Origin: Escherichia phage T5_ev219
Sequence record: NC_134263.1
Strand: one strand, 5' to 3'
DNA length: 64,000 nucleotides
The position numbers and the translations under genes were made by a program. Positions 27,949 to 37,270 of this stretch are shown here, one piece after another. Every line of letters begins with the position of its first letter. Position 1 is the first letter of the stretch. The notes beneath the pieces are model-generated. The model did no database searches. It had not been told where the DNA came from and worked only from the letters and a program-made list of their open reading frames with translations.

Positions 27949-29297
27949 AGGTTGTTATATCTAATAAAGCCTATTTCAAGCCAGATGATGAACTTTGGGA
28001 TTATTGTAGTAAGCAAACCACTTATCACATAGAGACAATGACTAGTAAATACCCTATTATGTATAAGAATAGTGGTGTTGTTGCCAAAGAGATTAAGTGG
28101 ATTCCTATTACGCGTCTGGACTTACTAGATGCTAAAGGAGTAAAATACGAATTAGTCGATAAACGCACATTAGCACCGGTAGATATACCAAAACCGTCGT
28201 TTAAACTGCGTGAAGAAGATCAGCTTCCAATATATGAAGAATGCGATGATACCTGTATTATTAATGGTAAGCCTGGGTTTGGTAAAACTATCCTAGCACT
28301 TGCACTTGCGTATAAATTTGGTCAGAAAACTTTGGTAATCTGTACGAATACATCCATTCGTGAAATGTGGGCGGCAGAAGTTCGTAAATGGTTTGGGTTT
28401 GAACCAGGCATCATAGGTTCTGGGAAATACAATATTGATCCACCAATTGTAGTCAGTAATATTCAAACAGTGAATAAACATGCGAATAATCTTTCTAAAG
28501 TATTCGGTACTGTTATAGTTGATGAAGTTCACCATTGTGTGGCTACAACTTTCACTAACTTCCTAGAAATATCATGTGCTCGCTATAAAATTGGACTATC
28601 TGGTACACTAAAACGAAAAGATGGTTTACAAGTTATGTTCAAAGATTTCTTTGGATATAAGATATTTAGCCCACCGGTTAATAATACTGTTGCACCTACA
28701 ATCCATAGGTACTCCGTGCCTGTTGAGCTATCAGGAAACCAAAACGTACCGTGGGCATTACGTGCTAATGATGTGTATAACCATCCTGAATATCGAGAGA
28801 CTATTATAAACCTAGCACATTTATATGTGAATATGGGACATAAGGTAATCATTGTAAGTGATAGAACAGAGTTAATCCAAACAGTACTAGAAGCTCTTAC
28901 ACAGCGTGGTGTTACAACCTATGAAATTATAGGAGCAACCCACTTAGATGACCGATTAAAAATTCAGGAAGATATAGCAAAAGGTGGACCTTGTGTACTT
29001 GCAGCAGCTCAAAGTATCTTCTCTGAAGGTATTTCCCTTAATGAGCTGTCTTGTTTAATAATGGGAAGCCTCATTAATAATGAATCTCTCATTGAACAGC
29101 TTGCAGGCCGTGTTCAACGTATTGTCGAGGGCAAACTCGACCCTATTGTTGTAGATCTAATCATGAAAGGTGGCACTGGACTAAGACAGGCTTCTGGACG
29201 TATGGCAGTATATCGTAACAACGGGTGGAAAACTATTACTATGACTCCGGAGAAAGCAGTTCAATTAGCTAAAATTGCATTTGGCAACAGCTCATAA
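27945..29297 (+). CDS. SF2 DNA helicase (T5 D10-like)
   Basis: Walker A GKPGFGKT, DEVH box (VDEVHH). Confidence 0.8.
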   Translation: MKVVISNKAYFKPDDELWDYCSKQTTYHIETMTSKYPIMYKNSGVVAKEIKWIPITRLDLLDAKGVKYELVDKRTLAPVDIPKPSFKLREEDQLPIYEECDDTCIINGKPGFGKTILALALAYKFGQKTLVICTNTSIREMWAAEVRKWFGFEPGIIGSGKYNIDPPIVVSNIQTVNKHANNLSKVFGTVIVDEVHHCVATTFTNFLEISCARYKIGLSGTLKRKDGLQVMFKDFFGYKIFSPPVNNTVAPTIHRYSVPVELSGNQNVPWALRANDVYNHPEYRETIINLAHLYVNMGHKVIIVSDRTELIQTVLEALTQRGVTTYEIIGATHLDDRLKIQEDIAKGGPCVLAAAQSIFSEGISLNELSCLIMGSLINNESLIEQLAGRVQRIVEGKLDPIVVDLIMKGGTGLRQASGRMAVYRNNGWKTITMTPEKAVQLAKIAFGNSS

Positions 29298-29309
29298 ATG
29301 ATGTATAAT
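29281..29309 (+). promoter_or_regulatory. sigma70-type promoter (TTGGCA-17-TATAAT) with conserved leader
   Basis: Hexamers at 29281-29286 and 29304-29309. Confidence 0.55.
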
Positions 29310-29380
29310 ATATACATAAATTTGAGAGAGAAAGTTTCGGATTGATAAGAAAGTCCGAAGCAGAAAAATAAAAATTTTAG

Positions 29381-29410
29381 TTGCTAAATTCTCTCGAAAT
29401 CTAGTATAAT
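29381..29410 (+). promoter_or_regulatory. sigma70-type promoter (TTGCTA-18-TATAAT)
   Basis: Hexamers at 29381-29386 and 29405-29410. Confidence 0.6.
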
Positions 29411-29517
29411 ATATACATAAATTCGAGGAGAAAACAAAAATTAAATTCTTCGATTATGAAAAGCTATACTTACTAGCTAGAGGAAATTCCGACCTAATTA
29501 TTAAGCTATTCAAAAGA

Positions 29518-29802
29518 ATGCTTACAGAGCCTGATGCTCACCAATTATTGGTCGGTTCCTCATTCATTTTGAATGAATCAACAATAGTTGATAATCCAAA
29601 TAAATTGTCTAATAGACAACTGGCAGAATATCTAGGAATTTTAAGTCTACGAAATTATGCCGAATACAAGTTTACAAACGATCCTAGTTTGGACATACAA
29701 TATGTTCCAGTATGGATACCACGTTTAGTAATCGACACTAACCCACTAATCGCAATTAACAAATCGAAATTAATCTTTAAAGAGGAAATAAAATATGGCT
29801 AA
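29518..29802 (+). CDS. hypothetical protein
   Basis: ORF track. Confidence 0.5.
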   Translation: MLTEPDAHQLLVGSSFILNESTIVDNPNKLSNRQLAEYLGILSLRNYAEYKFTNDPSLDIQYVPVWIPRLVIDTNPLIAINKSKLIFKEEIKYG

Positions 29803-30568
29803 GTCTTGGGGCGAAACTACTGGCGGTTCTAACGATAAAATCGAATTCCTGAAGTTCAACAACGGTATCACTCGTGTTCGTATCGTTTCTGGTGTTCTTC
29901 CACGTTATGTCTATTGGCTGACTAATAAAGAGGGTAGCGTAGCTCCTTTCGAATGTCTCCGTTTTAACCGCGACAAAGAGAGCTTTGTTCGTGGTAAAGC
30001 TGACCCGGTTCATGAGATGGGCTTCTTTGAGAAAGAGCTGGATAAAGATGGCAATCGTGTTCCGCTGAAACCGAAGAAAAACTATATCGCTTTTGTTATC
30101 GACCGTTCTGATAACAAACTGAAAGTAATGGAAGTCAAAGCTACTATTCTGAAAGGCATCCAGTCTATCATGAAGCAGTTGAATCTGGCAACTCCGTTTG
30201 ATATTGATATTTCTATCGAGAAAAAAGGCAAAGGTTTCGATACTGAGTATGATGTACAGCAGATTGCTGCTATGCAGTTCCAGATTAAGCTGCAAGATCC
30301 TAACAGTGCGGAATCTAAGCAATATGCTGCGGATGTAGATCTGATTGGTGAAGCTATGTGTGACGAAGATGGCGACATCATTAAGTTCGAGAAAGTTCCT
30401 TCTCTGGAACAAACCTATCCAGTTCCTACCTATGAAGAGCAGAAAGAAGCAATTCAAGCCTTCATGGAAGGTCGTGAGAATAAAGATGATGATGCCAAAT
30501 CTGGTAACAGCAATGCTGGTTCCCAGAAAGGTATTGACTCAGAAGCTGCAAGCGATCTGGACGACTAA
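29795..30568 (+). CDS. abundant early protein with acidic C-terminal tail (possible SSB-like)
   Basis: Host-optimised codon usage; C-terminus EAASDLDD; AAGAGGAAA RBS. Confidence 0.5.
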   Translation: MAKSWGETTGGSNDKIEFLKFNNGITRVRIVSGVLPRYVYWLTNKEGSVAPFECLRFNRDKESFVRGKADPVHEMGFFEKELDKDGNRVPLKPKKNYIAFVIDRSDNKLKVMEVKATILKGIQSIMKQLNLATPFDIDISIEKKGKGFDTEYDVQQIAAMQFQIKLQDPNSAESKQYAADVDLIGEAMCDEDGDIIKFEKVPSLEQTYPVPTYEEQKEAIQAFMEGRENKDDDAKSGNSNAGSQKGIDSEAASDLDD

Positions 30569-30574
30569 TAAATA

Positions 30575-30599
30575 GAGGGGCTTCGGCCCCTTTCTTTTT
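30575..30599 (+). terminator. rho-independent terminator
   Basis: ggggc ttcg gcccc hairpin then TTTCTTTTT. Confidence 0.75.
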
Positions 30600-30604
30600 A
30601 ACCA

Positions 30605-30916
30605 ATGAGAATATTATTTAGTGCTGATCATCATATCAAACTAGGACAAGATAAAGTTCCAAAGGAATGGCAGAAGCGTCGTTTCCTGATGCTAGGAGAA
30701 CGGTTAAATGATATATTCCATAATCATAACTGTGATCTTCATATTGCTGGTGGTGATATTCTTGATGTTGCCGACCCGTCGTCAGAAGAAATAGAACTGC
30801 TTGAACAGTTCATGTCAAGACTTGACCACCCAGGTAAAATCTTTACTGGAAATCATGAAATGTTAACTAAAACGATTTCATGTCTATATCATTATGCAGG
30901 AGTTATAATAAGGTAA
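30605..30916 (+). CDS. SbcD/Mre11-like nuclease, N-terminal part (frame-disrupted)
   Basis: Phosphoesterase motifs DHH, GDILD, GNHE; ORF ends at 30916 while homology continues in the -1 frame. Confidence 0.6.
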   Translation: MRILFSADHHIKLGQDKVPKEWQKRRFLMLGERLNDIFHNHNCDLHIAGGDILDVADPSSEEIELLEQFMSRLDHPGKIFTGNHEMLTKTISCLYHYAGVIIR

Positions 30917-31581
30917 CGAGTGGTAAGTGGGAAGTAATTACCAAACCATATCGTTCCCCTGAATTTGATATTGTTCCGTATGATGAGATCCATAAATCCA
31001 AATGGAAACCGTCTGAATCAAAACTATGTTTCACGCATGTTCGTGGTGAAATCCCTCCACATGTAAAACCAGAAATTGATCTAACTAAGTATAACTGTTA
31101 TGATACTGTAATTGCTGGCGATTTACATTCTTATACTAATAGCCAGACTATCGGATCTACTAGACTTCTCTACCCAGGGTCTCCATTAACTACAACGTTC
31201 CATAGAGAACGCACAAAAGGTACAAATGGTTGCTTTATCGTTGATACCGACACATTAAAAGTAGAATGGATTGAACTAGGTGATTTACCACAACTGATTC
31301 GTAAAACAATCGGAGCCGGTGAAGAGATGGAACCTAGTGATTATGATCGTGTAGTCTATGAAGTTACTGGTGACGTTGTTCAATTAAAGTCTATCAAAGA
31401 CTCTGATTTATTAGATAAGAAGATTAACCATCGAGTTACTAAAGACGCTAAGTTAAATCTTGTTGATCTTGATATGTTAGGTGAACTTGAACTTTACTTC
31501 CGTGAAGTCGAGAAGCTATCTCAAGGCGACATTGATAGAATCTTGGCTAGAGCTGCGAAATATGTCAAAGATTACAATTAA
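30880..31581 (+). CDS. SbcD/Mre11-like nuclease, C-terminal part (frame-disrupted)
   Basis: Continues nuclease motifs (VIAGDLH, PGSPL); frame open only from 30871. Confidence 0.6.
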   Translation: MSISLCRSYNKVTSGKWEVITKPYRSPEFDIVPYDEIHKSKWKPSESKLCFTHVRGEIPPHVKPEIDLTKYNCYDTVIAGDLHSYTNSQTIGSTRLLYPGSPLTTTFHRERTKGTNGCFIVDTDTLKVEWIELGDLPQLIRKTIGAGEEMEPSDYDRVVYEVTGDVVQLKSIKDSDLLDKKINHRVTKDAKLNLVDLDMLGELELYFREVEKLSQGDIDRILARAAKYVKDYN

Positions 31582-33400
31582 GACACTAAAATTTAGTAAC
31601 GTTATGTCTTACGGTAAGGACATCGTAATTCATTTCGATAAGAATCCAGTTACTCAACTAATTGGTGGCAATGGGCTGGGGAAATCCACCATCGCTACGG
31701 TTATCGAGGAATTGTTTTATAACAAGAACTCACGTGGTATTAAGAAGGATGCTCTGTTCTCCTGGTCTACTCCGAAAAAAGAGTATGATATGCACGCTTA
31801 CTTCTCAAAAGATGAAGATGAGTATGAATTGCATAAAGTAGTTAAATCCACTGCTAAAGTAACCCTTATTAAGAATGGAGAGGATATTAGTGGACACACG
31901 GCAACCCAAACATACAAGATGATTGAAGAGATTATGGGTGGTGACTTCCAAACATTCACCAAACTGATTTATCAATCGGTGGGTTCCAATCTAGATTTTC
32001 TAAAGGCAACGGATGCAACACGTAAGGCTTTTCTTGTTAACTTGTTCAATCAAGAACAGTACAAAGAAATGTCAGAAACTATTAAGGCTGATCGTAAAGA
32101 AATAGCAAATACCTTAAATAATTTGCAGGGCCAAATGGCTGTAATTACGAAAATCCTTAATGGAAAGAATAATCTGGGAACTTTGCAGGAACCTGTAGAA
32201 GTACCGGAGTTTGATGAAGAGCCATTAGCACAAGAACTTACTGAATCGAAAATTAAGGCGGCATTAGCCAAGTCTCAAGAGGCTAATATTACTAAATTGC
32301 GTAATTTGGACAAAGCTGTACAAGTTGCCGAACAATCTTTCGAACCTTTCAAAAATTTACCCGCGCCCACCGACCAAAATGAAGAGATCTCGAGTGTTAC
32401 GCGTGACCTAACGATTGTGACCTCACGTGCGGGCGAAGTTAAGAAACGTTATCAGAAGTTCAAGCAAGAGGCTTCAAATACTGAATGCCCTACTTGTGGT
32501 ACTCATCTAGATACAACTGCTGCTCAAAAAGCAATGGATATGGCTAGAATAGAATATGATCCTTTGTTCAACGAGAAGCAATCTCTTGAAGCTAAGCTAG
32601 AACAGTTGAAGAAAGAACAACTTGAGTACGTTGCGTATACTAGAGCAAAGGATGCTTTGGATAAAGCAGTGGTAGCTAGAGACGAGTTCAAAAATTCAAT
32701 GAGTGATGCTTCTTTTGAAGAACTCAATGTGCAAATCCTACAGGTGCAAATCCGACAATTAGAACAGGAAATCGCTGATGGCCGCTCTAAGGTTGCAATT
32801 GCTAAAGAGCATAATGCAAATGTCGAATTAGCCAATGCAAAATATAAAGCGAAACTAGAACAGATTGAGAAAGCTGAGGCAGAAATGTCTGAGATTACTT
32901 CCAAACTGGATGAGGTATCAGAAGCTGTTGCTGATCTCGATATTCTGATTGCTGCTTTGAAAAATCTGGTGGGATATAAACTAGAGCATAGTGTGAAAGT
33001 ATTTGAAGAACTAATTAATAAATACCTTTCTATTATGACTGGTGGTAAATTTGCACTTGGATTTGAACTTGATGAAACAAAATTACAAGTAGTAATCTTC
33101 AATGATGGAAACCGTACCAGTATGGAGAATTGCTCTACTGGTCAGCAAAGTCGAATCAACCTAGCAACTCTGTTAGCTATTCGAATGCTACTAACATCTA
33201 TTAGTAAAGTTAATATTAATCTTCTATTCCTTGATGAAGTAATTAGCTTTATTGATACAAAAGGACTTGATACTCTAGTTGAATTATTAAATGAGGAAGA
33301 AAGCCTAAATTCTATCATTGTTTCTCACGGGCATACGCATCCATTAGCCCATAAGATTACTGTTAAAAAAGATGCAGAAGGATTTTCCTACTTAGAATAA
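31562..33400 (+). CDS. SbcC/Rad50-like ATPase
   Basis: Walker A GGNGLGKST, central coiled coil with CPTCG zinc hook, signature SGQQSR, Walker B LLFLDEV; start trimmed to MSKITIKTLKF. Confidence 0.85.
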   Translation: MSKITIKTLKFSNVMSYGKDIVIHFDKNPVTQLIGGNGLGKSTIATVIEELFYNKNSRGIKKDALFSWSTPKKEYDMHAYFSKDEDEYELHKVVKSTAKVTLIKNGEDISGHTATQTYKMIEEIMGGDFQTFTKLIYQSVGSNLDFLKATDATRKAFLVNLFNQEQYKEMSETIKADRKEIANTLNNLQGQMAVITKILNGKNNLGTLQEPVEVPEFDEEPLAQELTESKIKAALAKSQEANITKLRNLDKAVQVAEQSFEPFKNLPAPTDQNEEISSVTRDLTIVTSRAGEVKKRYQKFKQEASNTECPTCGTHLDTTAAQKAMDMARIEYDPLFNEKQSLEAKLEQLKKEQLEYVAYTRAKDALDKAVVARDEFKNSMSDASFEELNVQILQVQIRQLEQEIADGRSKVAIAKEHNANVELANAKYKAKLEQIEKAEAEMSEITSKLDEVSEAVADLDILIAALKNLVGYKLEHSVKVFEELINKYLSIMTGGKFALGFELDETKLQVVIFNDGNRTSMENCSTGQQSRINLATLLAIRMLLTSISKVNINLLFLDEVISFIDTKGLDTLVELLNEEESLNSIIVSHGHTHPLAHKITVKKDAEGFSYLE

Positions 33401-33403
33401 AAC

Positions 33404-33886
33404 ATGGCTGTAGATAGTAGAGAGAAAGGTAAACGTGGTGAATATCAGGTAAGAGATATTCTACGTGAGCGCACAGGTCTTGAGTGGGAACGTGTTCCTG
33501 GCTCTGGTGCTTTTGGCCAGAGCCATGGACTAAAGGGTGACATTTACCTTCCCCCACAAAGTGGACATATTAGTAAATACTGCTTCGAAGTTAAGTGGTA
33601 TAAAGATGATAATATATCAAGTAATTTATTTAATGTTGGTGAATCCACTCTAGAGAAATGGTGGCAGCAGTGCTCACGTGAAGGTGAGCAGATGAACTCC
33701 AAACCTGCATTAATATTCAAAAAAGACAGAGGACAGTGGTTAATAGCTTTGGATAGCTCAGACCCGATGGTTGACAACTTAATGAGTCGTACCCATATGG
33801 TGTTAAATAAGAAAGGCATGGAAATCGTAATCGGTTTATTTGAGCCGTGGCTACATAATGCATCTGTTGAGGACTTAATTAAATAA
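33404..33886 (+). CDS. PD-(D/E)xK nuclease, Holliday-junction-resolvase-like
   Basis: E...GSG...D.Y...EVK pattern reminiscent of Hjc/RecU-type resolvases. Confidence 0.4.
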   Translation: MAVDSREKGKRGEYQVRDILRERTGLEWERVPGSGAFGQSHGLKGDIYLPPQSGHISKYCFEVKWYKDDNISSNLFNVGESTLEKWWQQCSREGEQMNSKPALIFKKDRGQWLIALDSSDPMVDNLMSRTHMVLNKKGMEIVIGLFEPWLHNASVEDLIK

Positions 33887-34761
33887 TGAGTAAATCCTGG
33901 GGAAAATTTATTGAAGAAGAGGAAGCTGAAATGGCTTCCCGTCGTAACCTAATGATTGTTGATGGAACTAACTTAGGTTTTCGATTTAAGCATAACAACA
34001 GTAAAAAACCATTTGCCTCAAGTTATGTTTCAACTATTCAATCTCTGGCAAAATCCTACTCTGCAAGAACTACGATTGTTCTAGGTGATAAGGGGAAATC
34101 TGTATTTCGCCTAGAACATCTACCAGAGTATAAAGGCAATCGTGATGAAAAGTATGCACAACGTACAGAAGAAGAGAAAGCACTGGACGAACAGTTCTTT
34201 GAGTATTTGAAAGATGCTTTCGAGTTGTGTGAAACTACATTCCCAACTTTTACCATTCGTGGCGTAGAAGCAGATGATATGGCGGCTTATATTGTTAAAC
34301 TCATTGGGCATCTATATGATCATGTTTGGTTGATTTCTACCGATGGTGACTGGGATACGTTATTAACGGATAAAGTTTCTAGATTTTCTTTTACTACACG
34401 TCGTGAGTATCATCTTCGTGATATGTATGAACATCATAATGTTGATGATGTTGAGCAGTTTATCTCCCTGAAAGCAATTATGGGTGATCTAGGGGATAAT
34501 ATTCGTGGCGTTGAAGGTATTGGGGCAAAACGCGGATATAATATTATTCGTGAGTTTGGTAACGTACTAGATATTATTGATCAGCTTCCACTGCCTGGAA
34601 AACAGAAATATATACAGAATCTGAATGCATCGGAAGAACTGCTTTTCCGAAACTTGATTCTGGTTGACTTACCGACGTATTGTGTAGATGCTATTGCTGC
34701 CGCAGGGCAAGATGTATTAGATAAATTTACAAAAGATATTTTGGAGATTGCAGGACAATGA
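33886..34761 (+). CDS. D15: 5'-3' exonuclease / flap endonuclease (T5 D15-like)
   Basis: 291 aa; N-terminus MSKSWGKFIEEEEAEMASRRNLMIVDGTNLGFRF matches my recollection of T5 exonuclease; FEN fold motifs. Confidence 0.9.
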   Translation: MSKSWGKFIEEEEAEMASRRNLMIVDGTNLGFRFKHNNSKKPFASSYVSTIQSLAKSYSARTTIVLGDKGKSVFRLEHLPEYKGNRDEKYAQRTEEEKALDEQFFEYLKDAFELCETTFPTFTIRGVEADDMAAYIVKLIGHLYDHVWLISTDGDWDTLLTDKVSRFSFTTRREYHLRDMYEHHNVDDVEQFISLKAIMGDLGDNIRGVEGIGAKRGYNIIREFGNVLDIIDQLPLPGKQKYIQNLNASEELLFRNLILVDLPTYCVDAIAAAGQDVLDKFTKDILEIAGQ

Positions 34762-35204
34762 TTAAAATTAAATTAACTCACCCAGATTGTATGCCTAAGA
34801 TTGGTTCCGAAGATGCCGCAGGTATGGATCTGCGAGCATTCTTTGGTACGAACCCTGCCGCAGATTTACGTGCTATTGCACCGGGCAAATCCTTAATGAT
34901 TGACACCGGTGTCGCGGTGGAAATTCCGCGAGGTTGGTTCGGTTTGGTAGTTCCGCGTAGTTCTTTAGGAAAGCGCCATTTGATGATTGCAAACACCGCA
35001 GGTGTGATCGACTCAGATTATCGTGGGACTATTAAGATGAACCTGTTTAACTACGGTTCTGAAATTCAAACATTAGAAAATTTCGAGAGACTTTGTCAGC
35101 TAGTGGTACTACCACACTATTCAACTCGTAATTTTGAAATAGTTGACGAACTAGAGGAGACTATTCGTGGAGAAGGTGGATTTGGAAGCTCAGGAAGCAA
35201 GTAA
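34758..35204 (+). CDS. dut: dUTP diphosphatase
   Basis: dUTPase motifs AGMDLRA, PRSS, GVIDSDYRG, RGEGGFGSSG. Confidence 0.9.
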   Translation: MIKIKLTHPDCMPKIGSEDAAGMDLRAFFGTNPAADLRAIAPGKSLMIDTGVAVEIPRGWFGLVVPRSSLGKRHLMIANTAGVIDSDYRGTIKMNLFNYGSEIQTLENFERLCQLVVLPHYSTRNFEIVDELEETIRGEGGFGSSGSK

Positions 35205-35226
35205 TCTACATATAAAATAAATAATA

Positions 35227-35255
35227 AACCCCAGTGGATTTTGTCCACTGGGGTT
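35227..35255. terminator. bidirectional rho-independent terminator between convergent early and late genes
   Basis: aaccccagtgg...ccactggggtt hairpin with A run upstream and T run downstream. Confidence 0.8.
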
Positions 35256-35260
35256 TTCTT

Positions 35261-36982
35261 TTATTGTGATACTAATTGTACCTTTAATTGCTCAAGCTCT
35301 TTCTCTAGATCTTCAATCCGTTTAATAAGATCTTGCACAACATGCATAGTGTCAAGAAGCATTGGAGTTGTATCTAATTCCTTTTGCTCCTGCTCTATTC
35401 CGTCATCATTATAAAATTTTCTAGTTTTTACATAAAGTGGTTCTATAGTCTCTACTTGCTGAGCAATAACCCCACGTCGAACACGAGATTTTTCATCGTT
35501 ATTATATACAAAGGATTGGAATTCTAATCCTTTTAATACCTCGATGGACTTAGTTGCGTCTATAGCCTTAATATCATGCTTTAAGCGAGAATCAGATACA
35601 GCATTTAATTGCAAAGTATAGGTTGCTGAAGCACCAGGCCACCAAGAATAAAAATAAATACTATTATTATTCGGCTGAATTTTTAAACGCACACCAAATT
35701 TATTATCATCATCTCCCGCTACCTGCCAACAAGAATCTGCAAATGAGCCTAAGTCATTATGAATTAATCCAAAATGTGCAGATGTCTTATACCCTGCGGA
35801 AGAAGACTGGGAACCGCTCAATATACTATTAAAGTTAAATGTACTACCTATATTGACCTCGTTCTGAGAAAGAGTACCTTGTACACAGCCAGTCTGAGAC
35901 CACGCCATGCCAGTAACTAATCTAGCTTTAAAACGATCCGTTACAAAATCCCCATTATCTACAAGCTGGGCGGAATTCGATTTACCGGTAGATTTATTGT
36001 CTATTAGTAGTTCAGTAGAGTAGGTGCCACCAATAGTAGCTTTAGCTCGTAGTGTACTTACAGCCTCACTACTAGTACCTACTTTATACTCAGATAGTAC
36101 ACTCCCGCCATAAACAGTAGTACCAGTATTAGGTTTGACAGCATCACCACTAATAACACTCCACGATGTATTCGCAGCAACGAACCCGCCTGATGCGCGG
36201 ATTACCCAGACGCCGACGAAGTTGCGCCCCATAATTTCATCAGCGCATCTTCCGTATACCGCACTACTTCCCGCAGCATTTAACGAAAGGCGTTGCGTAC
36301 CTAAGTTTGTGCCAGGCTGCGCACCCACAACGGCATCTCCTTGACTCGAATAGCTAAATGCGCCATTAGCGCCGTAAGCTATAATGCCACCTGCATCACC
36401 CGTGATGTTGGGAGCGCCTGAATCGAACACTAGACCATCAGCATTTGAGTTTGCCGTGCCACTTCCTGCACCGTCGCCACGCCCATAAAGAGCGGCTAAT
36501 GAACCGACTTGAACGCCGTTACGGTCTGGAACGCGGAATGTAGTTGATCCGTCACCCTTAGAATACTTGCCGCGCTGAAATTTATCAGCCAGCCATTTAG
36601 AATCATCTATAGCACCCACCATTTGAGCGTAAGCCCAAAGCTCCGGCCAGTCAGCCCTGTTAAGAAGCTGCCCATCAGAAACTACCTCATAAGGTTGAAT
36701 ATACGCACGGCTATCGCGAAGGTGGAAATCACCTACACCGTAATTCATAACACCATTCATAGTGGGACCGACTGTACCGGTGTTAATCTTATTCTCTACC
36801 CAACGTTTAGTTGCGGCATCATAGTCCCCAACAGGATCTCCCGCAAGAGGGGTGGACCCAATAGGACGCACATTTAACCATGCTGCTGCACGGTCTGCTA
36901 AGTCACTTAAATTATTATTCTTGTTAAGTGACTCATTTTTAAGTTTTGTAATATCCGTAGGAATTACTGTTTTAGTTACCAT
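35261..36982 (-). CDS. L-shaped tail fibre distal protein with C-terminal S74 intramolecular chaperone (LtfB-like)
   Basis: C-terminal SDSRLKHDI...coiled-coil chaperone signature; Gly-rich beta-rich body. Confidence 0.7.
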   Translation of the reverse strand: MVTKTVIPTDITKLKNESLNKNNNLSDLADRAAAWLNVRPIGSTPLAGDPVGDYDAATKRWVENKINTGTVGPTMNGVMNYGVGDFHLRDSRAYIQPYEVVSDGQLLNRADWPELWAYAQMVGAIDDSKWLADKFQRGKYSKGDGSTTFRVPDRNGVQVGSLAALYGRGDGAGSGTANSNADGLVFDSGAPNITGDAGGIIAYGANGAFSYSSQGDAVVGAQPGTNLGTQRLSLNAAGSSAVYGRCADEIMGRNFVGVWVIRASGGFVAANTSWSVISGDAVKPNTGTTVYGGSVLSEYKVGTSSEAVSTLRAKATIGGTYSTELLIDNKSTGKSNSAQLVDNGDFVTDRFKARLVTGMAWSQTGCVQGTLSQNEVNIGSTFNFNSILSGSQSSSAGYKTSAHFGLIHNDLGSFADSCWQVAGDDDNKFGVRLKIQPNNNSIYFYSWWPGASATYTLQLNAVSDSRLKHDIKAIDATKSIEVLKGLEFQSFVYNNDEKSRVRRGVIAQQVETIEPLYVKTRKFYNDDGIEQEQKELDTTPMLLDTMHVVQDLIKRIEDLEKELEQLKVQLVSQ

Positions 36983-36991
36983 TATAAAACC

Positions 36992-37270
36992 TTACGCCCA
37001 CTCTCTAAGAGGCTGTTCCAACTGAACTATAAAAGGCTCAAAGTATTCATAAGTAAAGGATTCACCAAGAATCCTTACATTAACATAGTATCCTTCATTA
37101 CGGGTGTATCTAGGTTCCTCATCGCCTGGTGCGGAGATTTCAGTATAAGTATAGCCAATCTCGTCCAGGATAAACATATCTCGTAACTCTTCATTTTCTT
37201 GCCAGTTTATTCCAACTAAGAAATTTTTATATTCGTTCTTGTCTTTAAATTTTAATATTATATCTTTCAT
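36992..37270 (-). CDS. hypothetical protein between tail-fibre genes
   Basis: ORF track; overlaps neighbours in operon. Confidence 0.45.
   Translation of the reverse strand: MKDIILKFKDKNEYKNFLVGINWQENEELRDMFILDEIGYTYTEISAPGDEEPRYTRNEGYYVNVRILGESFTYEYFEPFIVQLEQPLREWA

Noticed and set aside
32524-33102. 192-aa minus-strand ORF
   Set aside because: Antisense to the SbcC-like gene coiled-coil region; Ser/Ala/Cys-rich low complexity typical of reverse-strand artefacts.
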